A stretch of 62,901 bases of DNA, counting the filler, from Neoconidiobolus thromboides FSU 785 (lineage: Eukaryota; Fungi; Entomophthoromycota): NCBI GenBank assembly GCA_025603075.1. It is 6 parts of 6 records of this genome, joined end to end, with 100 filler letters (N's around TTAATTAATTAA, not from the genome) between each part and the next. Parts side by side here need not be neighbours in the genome. Positions count along the whole stretch, not along the records: positions 1 to 26,654 come from MU626505.1; positions 26,755 to 44,845 come from MU626570.1; 4 more parts are not named here. The stretch is one strand, 5' to 3'. Below, one piece after another: positions 23,683 to 37,670 of the stretch. The stretch's first letter is position 1; every line of letters starts with the position of its first letter. Under the pieces are notes generated by a model. That model ran no database searches. It saw nothing but the letters and a program-made list of their open reading frames with translations, and had not been told where the DNA came from. The position numbers were made by a program, and so were the translations under genes.

Positions 23683-25833
23683 TTACAATAAAATATCCAC
23701 TAATATCGTTGAGACCTTATATTGAATGTTTCATGTCATTCTTGCTTTACTAATTTCGACGCCTCCAGTTAGGGTTTTTTATTCAAATTGACTATATGTA
23801 ATTTTTTTAGTTTTAGGTAAATTAGGACACAGTAAATATCATTACACTACATTATTGAAGCAAAAGAAAGAGAACTTATATAAAAATGTTTGGTATTTTT
23901 GCTGTTCAAATATAGGGCTTTTTAGGATTAATATATCTTACTATTGTGGTCATACTTGGTATGATAAAAACAAATCAAAGGCTATCACTAATAAGAATTT
24001 GTAAATTCATAAAGAATGAGGAAATATCTTTTGAAATAATAAAAAGTACCAAATTTTTAGCATGAGGTATGTAAGTTTTGTTAACAATTACACAATTAGC
24101 CAATGATTGGCATGCTTTACCCTTTAATTATGCTTCTTTCATATTCTGTCGGAATATTATTATAATGTTATTGTGTTTTTGGTTCTAGAAATAATAATAC
24201 TTTAGATCAATTGACATTTATTGTGTACCTGTTAGAAGGGACATCCAATTTTATTACATTTTGTTTTGATTCAACTATTCACTATGCTATTGAAAAAATC
24301 TATCTACGGATATATTATATGATTCGCTTCAATAATGAAATTAGAGGTACCAAAAACTTGATTCAATGTTATCATGAATGTTTACATTTATTGGATGGGT
24401 CTAACTCACTTGAGCTTGCACAAATGGAATTTTATAACACTAATAGCGCTGTATTAAACCAAACTAGCCCTACATAGATTACCACAGAATTAAAAGTAGT
24501 CAGTGTTCTTATCTGTTCATTATAAAAATAAGCTTAATAAAAATCTAATAAAATTGTTTAAAATATTCTAAATCTTTATTAAATTTAAAAGCACAGCCAT
24601 CAAGTTTGGCTGTTTATTTACAGCTCCTGCACCTCTATTGCGACATATTTGGCTATTTATTTTAAAGCAATCTTTTACTAAAGCCATTATAAAAGCTAGA
24701 GATTATGCTTGAAAACAAATAGTCGTCTCTAAAAATTCCTAGAAAATAGGATATAAGTGAAGTTCAACGGATGTATTCGGGCTTCAAAGTGAATTAATCC
24801 AGACACTATGATTTTAGCATAGCTAAAAACTGAATAAACAGAAGAAAAGAGACAAAACTTCAGGCAACTAGGGTAAAAAGATGTTAGAAAGGTAAATAGA
24901 AAAGGTTTAATAAGAATGGTTTATCCATATCCTTTTGATGCCTTAGACTCTAAGCTCTTCAAGAGATTTAGACATTCTCTTTTATCAAAACAGACATCTA
25001 GCTTATTACAGTAAGAGGGCAATATTTTTGTTTTTTTAAGCACCGAATATTTTTCTTAACCTTGAAAAATAGAAAATGTTATTGTTTTCAGTAATAAGAA
25101 AATTCAGATATTTGAGGTTGATGAATTATCATCTATTTACAATAAAAAAGAAATACTTGATTACTATAGGTAATGCTGGCCCAATTTTGATTTAAAAATG
25201 TTACATATTTGTAGTCAAACCTTAAATACTATCATGGTTTTTAGCTACATTTTTGTATTATCCTTTCTTGGTGTAACTATCACCATATTACACCAATCAT
25301 ATTATTACCTTTCTACTTATTTATATATGTAATTAAAGATTTTGATAGAACAATAAGAACACAAATATAGCAAGATTAAATAGACCGAACCAGACCTGAT
25401 AGATTTTAAGCAGAGTTATTAAGGCTAAAATTAAGTTCTCTTCTCACTCAAAGCTAATTGATGAGAGAGTAGAACAGTAGAATATTATAGTCAATAGTTC
25501 TAAAATATGATGAAGTATTCTAAATAGAATTTTATCATGTTACATTTGTGTTAAAGTTTGGTCATACCTTAATATGATTAATTATCAGCATTCTTTTATG
25601 ATAATTCGAACGGAGGAATTATAATTATAATTTCTATATAGAATTTTTATAACTAAAAATTTACAAATATAGAGCAGAATTGTCCAGAAATATATTTAGT
25701 TTTTATTAGTTACACTTACATATCAAATAGCTTGAAGTCAAATTGCGTAGTAAAACTTATAAAGAACCTGAAAAGGTATAAAAGCAAATTTACTTTTCAA
25801 ATAATATCAATAAAATCTCTTTTAAATTCATCA

Positions 25834-26654
25834 ATGGAAAATAACAACCTTACTATTCAAGATCAACCTACCCCCCAAGCAAATATGGGGATGAAGTTCG
25901 CTAATGAATTACCATATGACCCTAATGTTTCATTCTATGAAAAATTCATGACTGGGTTGGGTGATTGTTTAGGTACTTTAGGCTCTATCCCAATATGTTT
26001 CTGTTTCCCAAATCCTTACAGATCAGTTAACCAAGGTGAAGTAGGTTTAATTTCAAGATTTGGTAAATATCTACGTACTAGTGATCCTGGTTTAACTTGG
26101 GTTAATCCATGTACTGAAAGTATGAACTTTATCGATATAAAAATCCAAATGACAAACATCGCAAATGTAAGTATTATGACTAAAGATAATGTTAATATCA
26201 CTATTGACTGTGTTCTTTATTGGCACATTGTTGACCCATACCAAGCAAATTTTGGTGTCTCTAATGTCCAATTTGCTTTAATGGAAAGAGCCCAAACTAC
26301 CATTCGTGCTGTACTTGGTCAACGTTCATTACAAGATTGTATTGAAAATCGTGATGAAATTGCACAGGATATTGAAGATATTATTAGTGCACCAGCAGCT
26401 AGTTGGGGTGTTAAAGTTGAATCTGTGTTAATTAAAGATTTGGTATTTTCTCGTGACCTTCAAGAGAATTTATCTAGTGCAGCTCAAGCTAAACGTATCG
26501 GTGAATCTAGAGTTATTGCTGCTCAAGCTGAAGTTGATTCTGCTAAATTGATGAGAGAAGCAGCTGATATCCTTAATTCACCAGCTGCTATTCAGATTCG
26601 TTATTTGGAAACTATGCAACAAATGGCTAGAACTTCCGGATCAAAAGTTATCTT
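25834..26654 (+). CDS. SPFH/Band 7 stomatin-family protein, 3'-truncated by assembly gap
   Basis: VNQGEVGLISRFGKY, TKDNVNITID, WGVKVESVLIKD, RIGESRVIAAQAE, AIQIRYLETM; first ATG at 25834; reading frame runs into the N linker. Confidence 0.92.
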
Positions 26655-26754
26655 NNNNNNNNNNNNNNNNNNNNNNNNNNNNNNNNNNNNNNNNNNNNTT
26701 AATTAATTAANNNNNNNNNNNNNNNNNNNNNNNNNNNNNNNNNNNNNNNNNNNN
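26655..26754. other. Artificial contig linker N44-TTAATTAATTAA-N44
   Basis: Identical 100-bp structure at five places; the 12-mer puts stops in all six frames. Confidence 0.97.
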
Positions 26755-26973
26755 CTTTTAACAGTAAAATTAATAAAAGTTATTGATTGCAACAGTAGCT
26801 ATTTTTACAACTAAGGACTGTGTTTCCCTCAAAAAAGTAAATTATAGTAATTATATATCCTAATCAGAACGGATTTCTCCAAAAAATTAGACTGTTTTAA
26901 CAATTATCTTATAATTATGACTAATTAACACTTTTTAAATGTAATGAAAATATGAAACTTATGAAAAAACTAC

Positions 26974-27080
26974 ATATGAGGATATATTTTTGTGTTTAAG
27001 AATTTTACTAACAAATTTTCCGCTTAAATAGCGCTTAAAAAATGGAAAAAATAATGAAGTCAAAAAAAACACTCCCATAT
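26974..27080 (+). mobile_element. MITE copy h
   Basis: ATAT-GAGGATATATTTTT...AAAAAAAACACTCCC-ATAT. Confidence 0.88.
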
Positions 27081-27228
27081 CATAGCTTAAATTTATTAAC
27101 CCTTAAATGAAAAGGCAACGCTAAAAAAATACTTGATAATTATAAAAATACTATAAGATTGAAGCAACCAAGTTTTAAAGGTAACTATGTTTATCAATCC
27201 ATTATAAAAGATATCAATCAATCATATG

Positions 27229-30200
27229 TTACATATCATCATCGGTATCAACGAAGGGATCCTTTTTTCTAAAAGAAAGTCGATTAAATAATTTCTTTAA
27301 GCTCGAAGTGGAAGATTTATCTTTAGCAAGGCTCGAATTTTTAGATCGGGTCGTTTTGTTATCATACGATTCCTTTTCTTTAACCGAACTATACCCAGGA
27401 TTTTGGCTGGAGGCTTGTGTTGCTGTAACTGGTACTGGGATTTCTGGAATACCAGTACCAAAAGATTTTTTGGTTTGTACATCATGGCCGATACGAGGTT
27501 GGGTATCACTTTCTTTAGATTGGGTATTGACTATAGCTCCAGAGGATCCATTGGTATGATTAACATCATGTGACAAAACAGCACCAGTTGTAGCTGTAGC
27601 AGCGGCAACTCCAGCAGTACTACCAAGTGCTGGTGCTATACTATCATTTAAATTAAAAGCCTGAGATACATTTTTACCACGAGCATCGATATCTGGTGAA
27701 GGGGCGTTTCCAGTGCTCATATTTTGTCCGGAAACTCTATCGACTCCTTTATCATTTAAAGTTGGAGTAACTACTACTTTAGGAATATCTGCTTCAGTGG
27801 CCTTTGGATCTGAAGCTAAAGTTCCAGTAACAGGTGGTGTAGGTTCTACTACTAATTTGTCTTTATTGTACTCGTTAGTTACAGGTAATGCAGATTCATG
27901 CATATCAGCTGCAACCGAATCATTAAGTTGATTCATCTTTTCTGCTTTTTTTTCTTTACTTTTCTTGACCCCTTTATTGGCAAAGATACCAGCAGCTACA
28001 GCACTAGCAGCGGTAAGTGCTGCACTCGCTAATATAGATGAAGATCTTCTACTGTCTTGTTTTTCACCAGTATTATTTGAGCTTGTAGTTGATTTTTTAC
28101 TATCGTTTTTATCCATTTTTAATGGTCCTAAAGTATCTTTTTGTTTAATTGGTATAATTAAAGAACTTTGTTTTTCACTTAAAGCTTTGAAATCAACTAT
28201 TTGTCCAGAAGTAGAGCTGGCAGCTCCTGCAACTTCGCTTTCAATTGGAATTCCTTGGACTAAGGTCCGATTGACATTTCTGTGTGATACATCATCGCTA
28301 GTTTCTACTCCTTTATAACCTTCGGAATACATTTTATTAAGGCTTTCTTCAGTTGCATGATTTAATTCGTTAGGCGGCTCGACATTAGAGTTATCATTTC
28401 TACTAGAAGCAACTGCTGCTGTTGCTCCAACTACACTAGCAGTGGATGCAAGAGCCATACCACTCTCCAACTTATTTGGCATATTACCCCTGGATTTTTC
28501 ACCAATATTATCATTGGTTGGATAGCTGCTATTTATAGTACTTCCATCCCCAGCATTTCCTCCAGGTCCTAAAACAATATTATCTGATCCTAAAGTTTCT
28601 GTTGGAATTGCTTTCAAATCTCCAGATGAATCAATAGTGGAAGTCAAATGAGAAGATTTATCAAGATTAAGAGTTAAAGGTTGAGTTTCAGTTAATACTA
28701 ATGGACCTTGTTGATAATGGGCGCCAGTGCTATCAGTATCCATAGATAAAACAGCTTGGCTTGATGTCATGTTACTTTCATCCTTAACTTCATTCCTTGT
28801 AGTGATGATAGGCATAGTAGCTGTGTCATCATTTGGAATAGTATCATGTTCCCTACCTTTAGAATTTTGTAAAAGGAGCCCAGAAGCATCACTGGTAGCA
28901 ACACTATCAAGATAATTTTCTTTACTAGTTAATAGTGGATTATTTTCTAAACTTCCTTCACTTTGTAAATTGTTGTATTGAACTTGTTGATCAACTACGC
29001 CTCGTGTACTATCCATGTCGGCTGGAATAGCCATAATATTATCATCAAAATGAGATTCTAATATACTTGTGGAATTTTGGACATTGTTCTCACGAGCTTT
29101 AGTTGAAACAGCATCCGATGCAAGTATCCCTGCTGCAACCGCACCAGAAGCTAATCCAAGTTTAGTTTGAATCCCACTTGACTCTTTATCACTTGATACT
29201 GGTACATTATCTAATTTAATATTCATATTCGAATCTTTTGATAATGGACTAACTTCTGTATTAGGGTTAGAAGAGTTGTTATCCAAATTTGAGTCATTGA
29301 AATTTTTCAAATCGCCACCAGCTACTAAACTTTCTTTAGATTTTTCATTTTGTAACGTTAATTTTAAATTATAACGTGCTAATGTTTTAGAAAAATTTTC
29401 TCCCTAATAAATGGAATTAATATTCAAAGAAATTAAAATTAAATAAAAACAAACCTGTAAATTAGCAATTTCTAACTCCAATTCACTTGGCTGACGGGTA
29501 CCATCTTTACCAGCAATAACGGATGAGCCCCATGGACTACCACCTAAAATTTCGGTATCGTTGTTAAGATGAGGAGAGGAGTAACCTAACAAGTTTTAGT
29601 TTTTATTAATTCTAACCATCTACTTTTAGTCTTACCAAAGGGTACATAAATAATCCCAAAATGAGCAAGGGTAGTAAGGAAAGTCAAGATAGAAGTTTCT
29701 TGACCTCCATGTTGAGTTGCTGTTGAAACAAAAGTACCTGCCATTTTACCCGCTAATTCACCCCTAAAAATCATGACGTCAGTCATTAACCAAATATAGA
29801 AAATAATAAATCAATTACTTGGCCCATAATTGACCACAAGAATCAATAAAGTCCTTCAATTGGGCTGGTAAGATACCATATCTAGTACTAAATAATAAAA
29901 TATTAGTATTGAATCATATATTATAGTAATTTCTATGAATAAAACTCTTAATGTTTTAACTTATAGTTTCTAATAACTTACGGAAACCCAAATAAGATAC
30001 CATCTGCTTGACGAAGTAAATCAGTTGTAATATAGGGTACATTTGGTTTAGGGGGAGCACGTACTTTTTTAAGAGCTAAAAGATGATTCAAAAATAGGTT
30101 AGTTTCAATTAGTCATTATTATCTTATATCTAGGTCAAAATCTAATAAAAAAAAGTCTTAATAATACCTTCTTTTGAAAGGGTTTCTGGAATTTGATAAA

Positions 30201-30423
30201 GATAAACATCACATTTCCCTTGTTTTTCAGCTCCTTTTTTAATTTCTAACGCCATTTTATAAATATGTAAATAAGTGGTATAGAACAATATAAATAATTT
30301 GGGTTTTCCATTGTTAGGTAAGATTACTGGCTCTGATTTAACTGTGTTTTGGACTGGAGTTGACACAGTATTGTTGGAGCTATTGTTGACTTTCTTTTTA
30401 TTTTTTTTCGAAGCAACGGGCAT
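27229..30423 (-). CDS. WrbA/Pst2/Ycp4-type flavodoxin-like quinone reductase with ~720-aa low-complexity C-terminal tail
   Basis: Exons give ILFYTTYLHIYKMA, ADGILFGFPTRYG, GKMAGTFVSTATQHGGQE, GGSPWGSS and ELEIANLQ|GENF; the last exon from 29403 reads in frame into ORF 27229-29310. Confidence 0.85.
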
Positions 30424-31266
30424 GCTAAATATTATTGAATTGTCTTTGATATATAGATAAGTTATTAATTCACTAATTATTAAAGAAATTAGATAATACT
30501 AATATTGAATTTAATTCTACTAGATTACCAATCTCTAATTAACTATGTTAAAGTGATAAATTTTAAAAATTTTATTTACAAAAAGATAAAAAGATGCAAA
30601 ACGATAATAAATTTTATTTATAATAGTTATTTTTCTGCAATCTGAAACTTTAGGTTTTAGTTTCAGTTACGTAGCCATTAGCAAAGTTAATTTGCTGTTG
30701 AAATTTAGTTTAGATTTGAATCTTCAGCTCTCCTCATTACTAATTACTTTATTAAGTTAACTCTGGTTATTATTATCTTATAGGAAATCAAATCATTTTT
30801 TATATATCAATCTATCAATCACTTTCTTATTTCTGCCTGTTAATTTAATATCCAATCTTTTCAACATAGTTGATTGGGATTTTTATTAGTTAGCTCAGTT
30901 ACAATAGCATTATTTTAAACGATAAGCCTCTTGAATCAAATGATCAAAATTTCATATTAAATTGAGTTTGAATTTATTTCACTTTGAAATTAGATTTATT
31001 AATATATAGAACAAACTTAAAGTTTCTATTAGATTTAAGTAACTCTATAAGATAACAAACATTAATTTATGTTACTATAATTACTTATTTAACTAGGTCG
31101 AATAAGTTCTATTAAAAAATTACAATTATTTTACAATAACCATTCCAAAGCAAATAATGCAGCTCAAAAAGTGACATAAGTTGAACTTATGCATTACTTA
31201 ATTTGTCTGATGCTCGAAATCACTTTAACTATTTTTTAAGTCTTAAATTCCAAAATTCTAAAATCA

Positions 31267-33817
31267 ATGGAAGCTTCAAGTAAGTAACAATATTAAAAAA
31301 TCATTCAATTAAGTAATTAATTAATAAAAAAAGAAGGAAATGATAAGAAAAATATCAATGGAAAACAGATCATAGATAATGGTCATGATCTATCAAAAAG
31401 AATTAAATTGGAAAATAATGAAAAGAAGGAAGAAGAAGTTCAAAGAAAGGAGGATATAGAATCAAATGATGACATTGGTCCTATGCCAGCAAATGATAAA
31501 GAAGATATAGGGCCTATGCCATCAGTTGATAATGATAATGATAATGATGATATTGGACCTATGCCAACTCAAGATCAAAACCAAAAGAAAAGAAAAGGTA
31601 ACTCATTATTTTTAAATTTGGACAAAGAAAAAATAAATCTAAATAAAAACATAGTATTACTTCATGAAAATTTATACTTAAAAGAAATCCCAAAATGTGA
31701 AATGTATGAAAGAAGTTATATGCATCGAGATCAACTTAGTATGATTTTAAACTGTCCGTAAGTTTGAAATTTTTAATTTATCTTTTATTTTACTCACTTG
31801 AATTTTAGTAATGATTTTATTGTTACCGCTTCTTTAGATGGTCATATTAAATTTTGGAAAAAAACAAAGCAAGGGATTGAATTTATTAAAAATTATAAAG
31901 CTCATTCAGGTACTTTATTTTATTTTATTTTATTTCATTATTTTTATATAACTAAATTTACTTATAAACGTATATAGATATTATTACTGGATTATCTTTA
32001 TCTATCGATGGACAATATATTGCTTCTATTTCAAATGATAAAAGTATACGTATCTTTGATATCTTAAGTTTTGGTAAGTAAATTATTGTTTTTTGATATT
32101 TTTTTAATCAATTAACTAATTAAAATTTTATCTGTTAGATATGATCCATATGATTCGATTAAATTATACTCCTGGGACACTTACTTTTGCTTACAAACCT
32201 GGGGATGCAATCATAAAATTAGTAGTGTAAGAAATATATTAGTTAATTTAATATAACAAAATCAATTAATATGAATTATTATTAGTTCAGATAAAAATAG
32301 TTCATCTATTCATATATATGATGGTATGAATAAATTAGAACCAATAACTAGTTTAGATAAATTACATAAATATAATGTCACATGTATGGCATATAATCCA
32401 ATTTATGATATGATAATTAGTGGAGATGACAATGGCTATTTAGAATATTGGAGTTTAAAGTCACCACATTTAATACCAAGCAATTTAGATTTTGAATTTA
32501 AAGGAGAAACAGATCTATATGATTTTAAAAAGAACAAGTCATATCCAACTAATATTCAATTTTCAAACGATTTTCAATTATTTTCAACTGTTTCATTTAA
32601 AACAGATCGTATGATTCGTATCTTTAAAACAAAATCAGGAAAACTATGGAAAAAGTTAGATGAAAATTTGGATATTTATCATGATTTACAACAAGTAATT
32701 ATCTATATTATTTATATTATTTGTATCATTTATATTATTTATATTTTATTTAGGCTGGTAGTGATATGTATAAATTAGATCCAATGGAGTACGGTCGACG
32801 ATTAGTAGTAGAAAAAGAATGGCCAAATACATTACAAGGAGAACATGTTAATGCTGGTAATATAATTAATTAACAATATATAATAATATATAAAATATTA
32901 ATAAATTTGATATAGTATTTGATTATAGCAATAATTTTATAATTTATCCAAGTATGTTAGGAATTAAAATTATAAATTTACATAACAATAAAGTAGTACG
33001 ATTAATTGGTAAAAATGAACCAGTTAGATTTCTTAATGTAGCTTTATATCAAGATATTCCACAAAAAAAGAAAGATCTTACTATTAATATGGTAGCTAGT
33101 AATAATCCATTATTAGAAGAAGAAAATCAATCGGATCCTACTTTGTTTTTAACTGCTTATAAAAGAAATCGATTTTATTTATTCAGTAATAGGAATCCAG
33201 ATAAGTAAGTCATAGTATAATATATACAATCTATATAATATTAATTTTATTTTAAAATTAGGAATGTTGATAGAGATGTATTTAATGAAAAACCATCACG
33301 TGAAGAGCGTAGTATTAATTCGGATAAAATGATAAGCAGTGGAGAAATGGGAACTAAAACAACAATTCATACAAGTGAGGGAGATATTCATTTAATGCTA
33401 TATCCTAAACAAGCACCTAAAGCAGTATTAAATTATTGTACATTAAGTCGTAAAGGATATTATGATTCACTTATATTTCATCGAGTAATTAAAGGATTTA
33501 TGATTCAAACGGGATGTCCATTTGGGGATGGCACCGGTGGTGAATCAATGTTTAAAAAAGATTTTGAAGATGAAATTAATAATGATTTAAATTTCAATTC
33601 ACCTTATATATTAGCTATGGCTAATGCTGGACCTAATACCAATGGTTCTCAATTTTTTATTACTACTTTGAAATGTGATTGGTTGAATAAGAAACATACT
33701 ATCTTTGGCAAAGTAATTGGGGGTTTTGATGTAGTTCATCGTATTGAAAATACTAAAGTTAATAATAGTGATAAACCATTAGAACCTATTTCTATTATTT
33801 CTATTGATATTAAATAA
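31267..33817 (+). CDS. PPWD1: Peptidylprolyl isomerase domain and WD-repeat protein 1 (Cyp15-like), multi-exon; start codon tentative
   Basis: [41 protein letters not shown] and a C-terminal cyclophilin domain [13 protein letters not shown]...[14 protein letters not shown]. Confidence 0.92.
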
Positions 33818-33935
33818 AAACATAATAAAATAATAACAATAATAAAATAATACTAATAAAATAGTAAGAATAAAATAATAAAATATTATTTTATTTCTAT
33901 TTTATTTATTTTTCAATTTGTTTATTTAATAATCT

Positions 33936-35304
33936 TTAATTAGATGCCCAAAATTTAATAGGAACCAGGTAATGAGGGAATTTTTTTAAGATATGAGATT
34001 TAATATCAAACCAAAATTGATTAATAAATGTATTATATTTATCTTCAGTCAATTCATTTTTAGCAACATTTAATTGAGTAACATTCCAATCTTTACAAAG
34101 ATTAGGTATATGATCTAATCGATCTGTATTGTATAAATAGTATCCTTTTAATTTATAAAATACTGTTTTTGGATTATTCCATTTAAATTCTTTAAATTGC
34201 CAATCTTTACCATTACTAAATACAGCTACTACTCTCTTCCAATGTTCTGGTTTAAGACTACCAATATTGTCTAAGACTTCAAATTTATTAGGCAATAAAT
34301 ATGGATTGTTTTGTGAGTCTAAATAATAACCTTCTTTATCATTTAAATCATAATTAATAATAACTTCTTTTGGCTTTTCCATATAATTCATTAATTCTAA
34401 TGTAGTTTTATGACCTTTTCCTTCTAAAAACCTCTTAACATTATATTTAGTAATATGAGCAGTAGTATTTTCTGGTACAATAATAATTGGCGGTCCATAT
34501 TTTTCTTCAAATGTTAATTCTTTAATATATTTTGGTTTGACTAATCTCTCTTGTACCATTTCATCAAATCCTCCTGGTAAACTAACTCTTGTCTGTTCAA
34601 TATATGTTTTATTTCTTTTACGTACTTCAATATCCATTAATTTTTCAACTATAGGATCTAAACTTCTCTAAATATTATCTTAATAAAATATTTAAAAATT
34701 CATTAATATTTACTTTAACTTTTTTCAAATCGATTTTTTGTTGCAAATCACTAATTTCAGCACTATTTAAATCTTTAAGTGAGCCATAATCAATTACTCC
34801 TCGACGTATATAACTACTAGACCATAACTCATTTTTTAATTTTCTCATTCCACTTACTATTGGTTTTTTAGCTACAATATGTCAATAAAAGCATAGTATA
34901 TAAAATAGTTCTTTAATATTACCTTTAAATAACTCTTCATCTTCTGAGTCTGAATAATCAGGACAGATATATCCGTTCGAAACCCCATTAAAATATAATT
35001 TTAAACTTTCCACATCCTTTTGTTTAACCGCAGGTACTTGATTATCTTTACATTTCTTAACATAATGATTATAACTACAATCTTCATTATCAAGAAAATA
35101 AATCAAAGTTCTTAAATTATAAACTAAGCCATGAGCTTCCCAAATGGGTATTTCTGTCTTTTGGGAAGCTTCATAAACAATTATAGAACCAAAGGCAAAT
35201 TTGGTCGCTTTTTCAATCGAATCCGTGCAGTTTCCTTCAGCATCTAGATTTTGGATTTTTAATTGATTCAGATGAAAGCGTCTTAACACTTCTGTACATC
35301 CCAT
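33936..35304 (-). CDS. CDC73: Paf1 complex subunit Cdc73/parafibromin
   Basis: N-terminal exon resembles CDC73_N (YNLRTLIYFL...YVKKC...VPAV); C-terminal PIIIVP...NVKRFLE, WKRVVAVFSNGKDWQFK; linked by one small internal exon. Confidence 0.88.
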
Positions 35305-35681
35305 TCTAGTTGTAAACTAGCTACTAAATAAATTTGAAAAGTTCGAGTTAGAATGTGAAATAAGTCAAAATACTCTTTTTAATATAAACATCTAAAACTT
35401 TGTAAGTGCAATCTAATTGGCTAAACGATTTAGTTATCCAATCATTTAGTTAAAATATTAACATTTTGGACAAGTAATGTAAATGTGATGACTAAATTAG
35501 TTCATAAATTGGTTCAATGTAGATGTTAAAAATTGAAAATCTGAACTTGTAAATTGGTTTAAGAATGCTACGCTGCAATAATAGACTTTGTATAAAAATA
35601 ATATCATTTTAAAAAATTTAACAAACTATGGATATATATTTAGATTATATACAGCTGGAACATTCTGATTGTAAATAAGTT

Positions 35682-35754
35682 GCCTTCTTGGCTCAGTTGG
35701 CAGAGCGTCCGCCTAGTAAGCGGAAGGTCATTGGTTCGATTCCGATAGAAGGCA
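35682..35754 (+). tRNA. tRNA-Thr (anticodon AGT)
   Basis: GCCTTCT/AGAAGGC acceptor, GCTC/GAGC D stem, TCCGC-CT-AGT-AA-GCGGA anticodon arm, TTCGATT T loop. Confidence 0.96.
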
Positions 35755-36564
35755 TCAATTAGAGAATTATTCTTTTTATATTTATGTTTTTTAAACCATC
35801 TAAAGCTCATTTTTAGTCTGCCTTCTGTTTTATCTAGTTACATTAATAAACAAATAAGGCATTTTTTATATAAATGGAACTAATAGTAAATTAAAAGAAT
35901 ATCTTTCATGTCCAAAATTAACCTGAATAAACATTAGTACTATTTTACTTTTATTTTTTAATATAGATTATCTTACAATATTAGTTAGTTGAGATCCAAT
36001 ATTAATCTGTTATTAAAATATTAATTATCTTTTTCTAATTTCGGAGATTAAAATATTTAGTTAAAGTTTAAAGAATAATAGGCTAAACATTAATTTTATT
36101 ATTAAATAGATCTAGAATACCAACTAGAACAAGTAATTTTTAACAAAACCAATATTTTTATATTTTATATTTTTACATTTCCAAATAACATACTACTTAA
36201 AATATATTAATTAAACAATATTTAAAGATTTTAGTTAAACATTGAATTGTTGATTATTCATCTACAATTGGAATTAACAGTTTAACTACAGATTAATTTC
36301 CTAGAAAAAAAACCCAAGATTCACATTCAAAAGCTACAGTCCAAATTAACCCTCTAACAATAAAAAGTACTAAATTTTATAAATTAACGTTCAAACTGAG
36401 TTACTAACAATCGATTTTTTATAACATTAAAAAATTAATAAATGTCCAAAATAAACAAATGTATATAAATACATAAAAATGTAAATTTTTTAATCTATTA
36501 TTTTAATTTTTAATTTTTATAGTTCATTATCTCTCTTTTACTTCAATCATTCATCCTAATAACA

Positions 36565-37209
36565 ATGAAACCTACCATCATATACTCCTTTTTGTTAGCT
36601 TTAACCACCGCTACTGAATTAACAATCGTTAACCCCTGGGCAGAAAGTAAATGGAATAGTGGTGATATGGCAGTAATCAATTACACCGTTGATGAGAATA
36701 AAGGAGATTACAAATACACCACAATTTCACTTGACTTAATGAGTGGGGACCCTAATGATGGGCTCTTGATCCTCTCGATCAATGGTGGTATGGAAGTAAA
36801 TACTAAAAATATTACATGGAAGGTGGAAGATTTACCATCCAATAAAGACTATTTTTTACGTCTAGGGAATGAAGACCGCTGGGTGTTTTCACATACCTTT
36901 GAAATTCATGGAAGTGGTAAATATCAATTACCAAAGAAACCAGTATTTATTCAAGACAATGAAGAAAGTGAGAAAAAATATTTGAAACAAGAAGTAAGTG
37001 AAAGTCCATCTGCCTCTTCTTCTTCCTCTTCAGTTATGAGTTCGACGAGTTCGAATGTAAGCTCAACTAAACATGATGATAAATCAAGCTTTAAAAGCGA
37101 TAAACCAAGTAGCAAAGGGGGTAAATCTTCCAATGGTAGTAAACTTAGTTTCAATTTATTAGCGTCTTGTGTCTTCTTTTTACCTTTCATCCGAGTTGGT
37201 GCTAATTAA
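36565..37209 (+). CDS. Secreted Ser-rich, probably GPI-anchored cell-surface protein (Kre9/Knh1-like N-terminal Ig-like domain)
   Basis: Signal peptide, W-x-x-G...I-x-Y...L-x-L-M-S-G-D-P pattern, YFLRLG...SHTFEI, Ser-rich linker, hydrophobic C-terminus after a small-residue omega region. Confidence 0.8.
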   Translation: MKPTIIYSFLLALTTATELTIVNPWAESKWNSGDMAVINYTVDENKGDYKYTTISLDLMSGDPNDGLLILSINGGMEVNTKNITWKVEDLPSNKDYFLRLGNEDRWVFSHTFEIHGSGKYQLPKKPVFIQDNEESEKKYLKQEVSESPSASSSSSSVMSSTSSNVSSTKHDDKSSFKSDKPSSKGGKSSNGSKLSFNLLASCVFFLPFIRVGAN

Positions 37210-37670
37210 TAGATCTTTTTCTAAATTTTTAATTCTTTTTAGCATTCTATATAAAAAATTCATTAAATAAATATTTAAAGCATTTTATGTATATTACTGT
37301 TTTGAGCTTTTTTACATTCATTGATTTTAATATGTAAAAAATACATAAAAGTTATAAAATTAAAATATAAGAAGCACACTTTTTAATATTTGTACAAAAT
37401 AGAGTTAATCGGATTATTATAAAATCGTTCATTTTTTATAGTATAATATATATTTGCAATATCATCAACATATTGCAACTCCACAAAAATGAGTAGCATT
37501 CACAATAACAGATTTTTTTAAATTTTAGGTAAATCATTAACATCAAAATAAAAATAAAAATAAAAAATTCTTAATTAAACCAATTAAATTAAAGTACGAA
37601 TTAAATTCAAACAAAAATACAAAATAAACTAATTTCTGATTTTGTTTTTATAAAAATAATAAAAATAATA

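Noticed and set aside
24211-24477. 88-aa ORF
   Set aside because: TTG start, no recognisable motif, lies in decayed intergenic DNA
25732-25833. N-terminal extension of stomatin in the ORF track
   Set aside because: Starts at TTG in AT-rich leader; the first ATG at 25834 gives a normal-length protein
26699-26710. TTAATTAATTAA as a biological motif
   Set aside because: Always centred in N44 runs; a synthetic six-frame stop linker
27297-28915. Small ORFs 27297, 27308, 27713, 27965 and 28727
   Set aside because: Antisense or alternate-frame shadows of the flavodoxin tail exon
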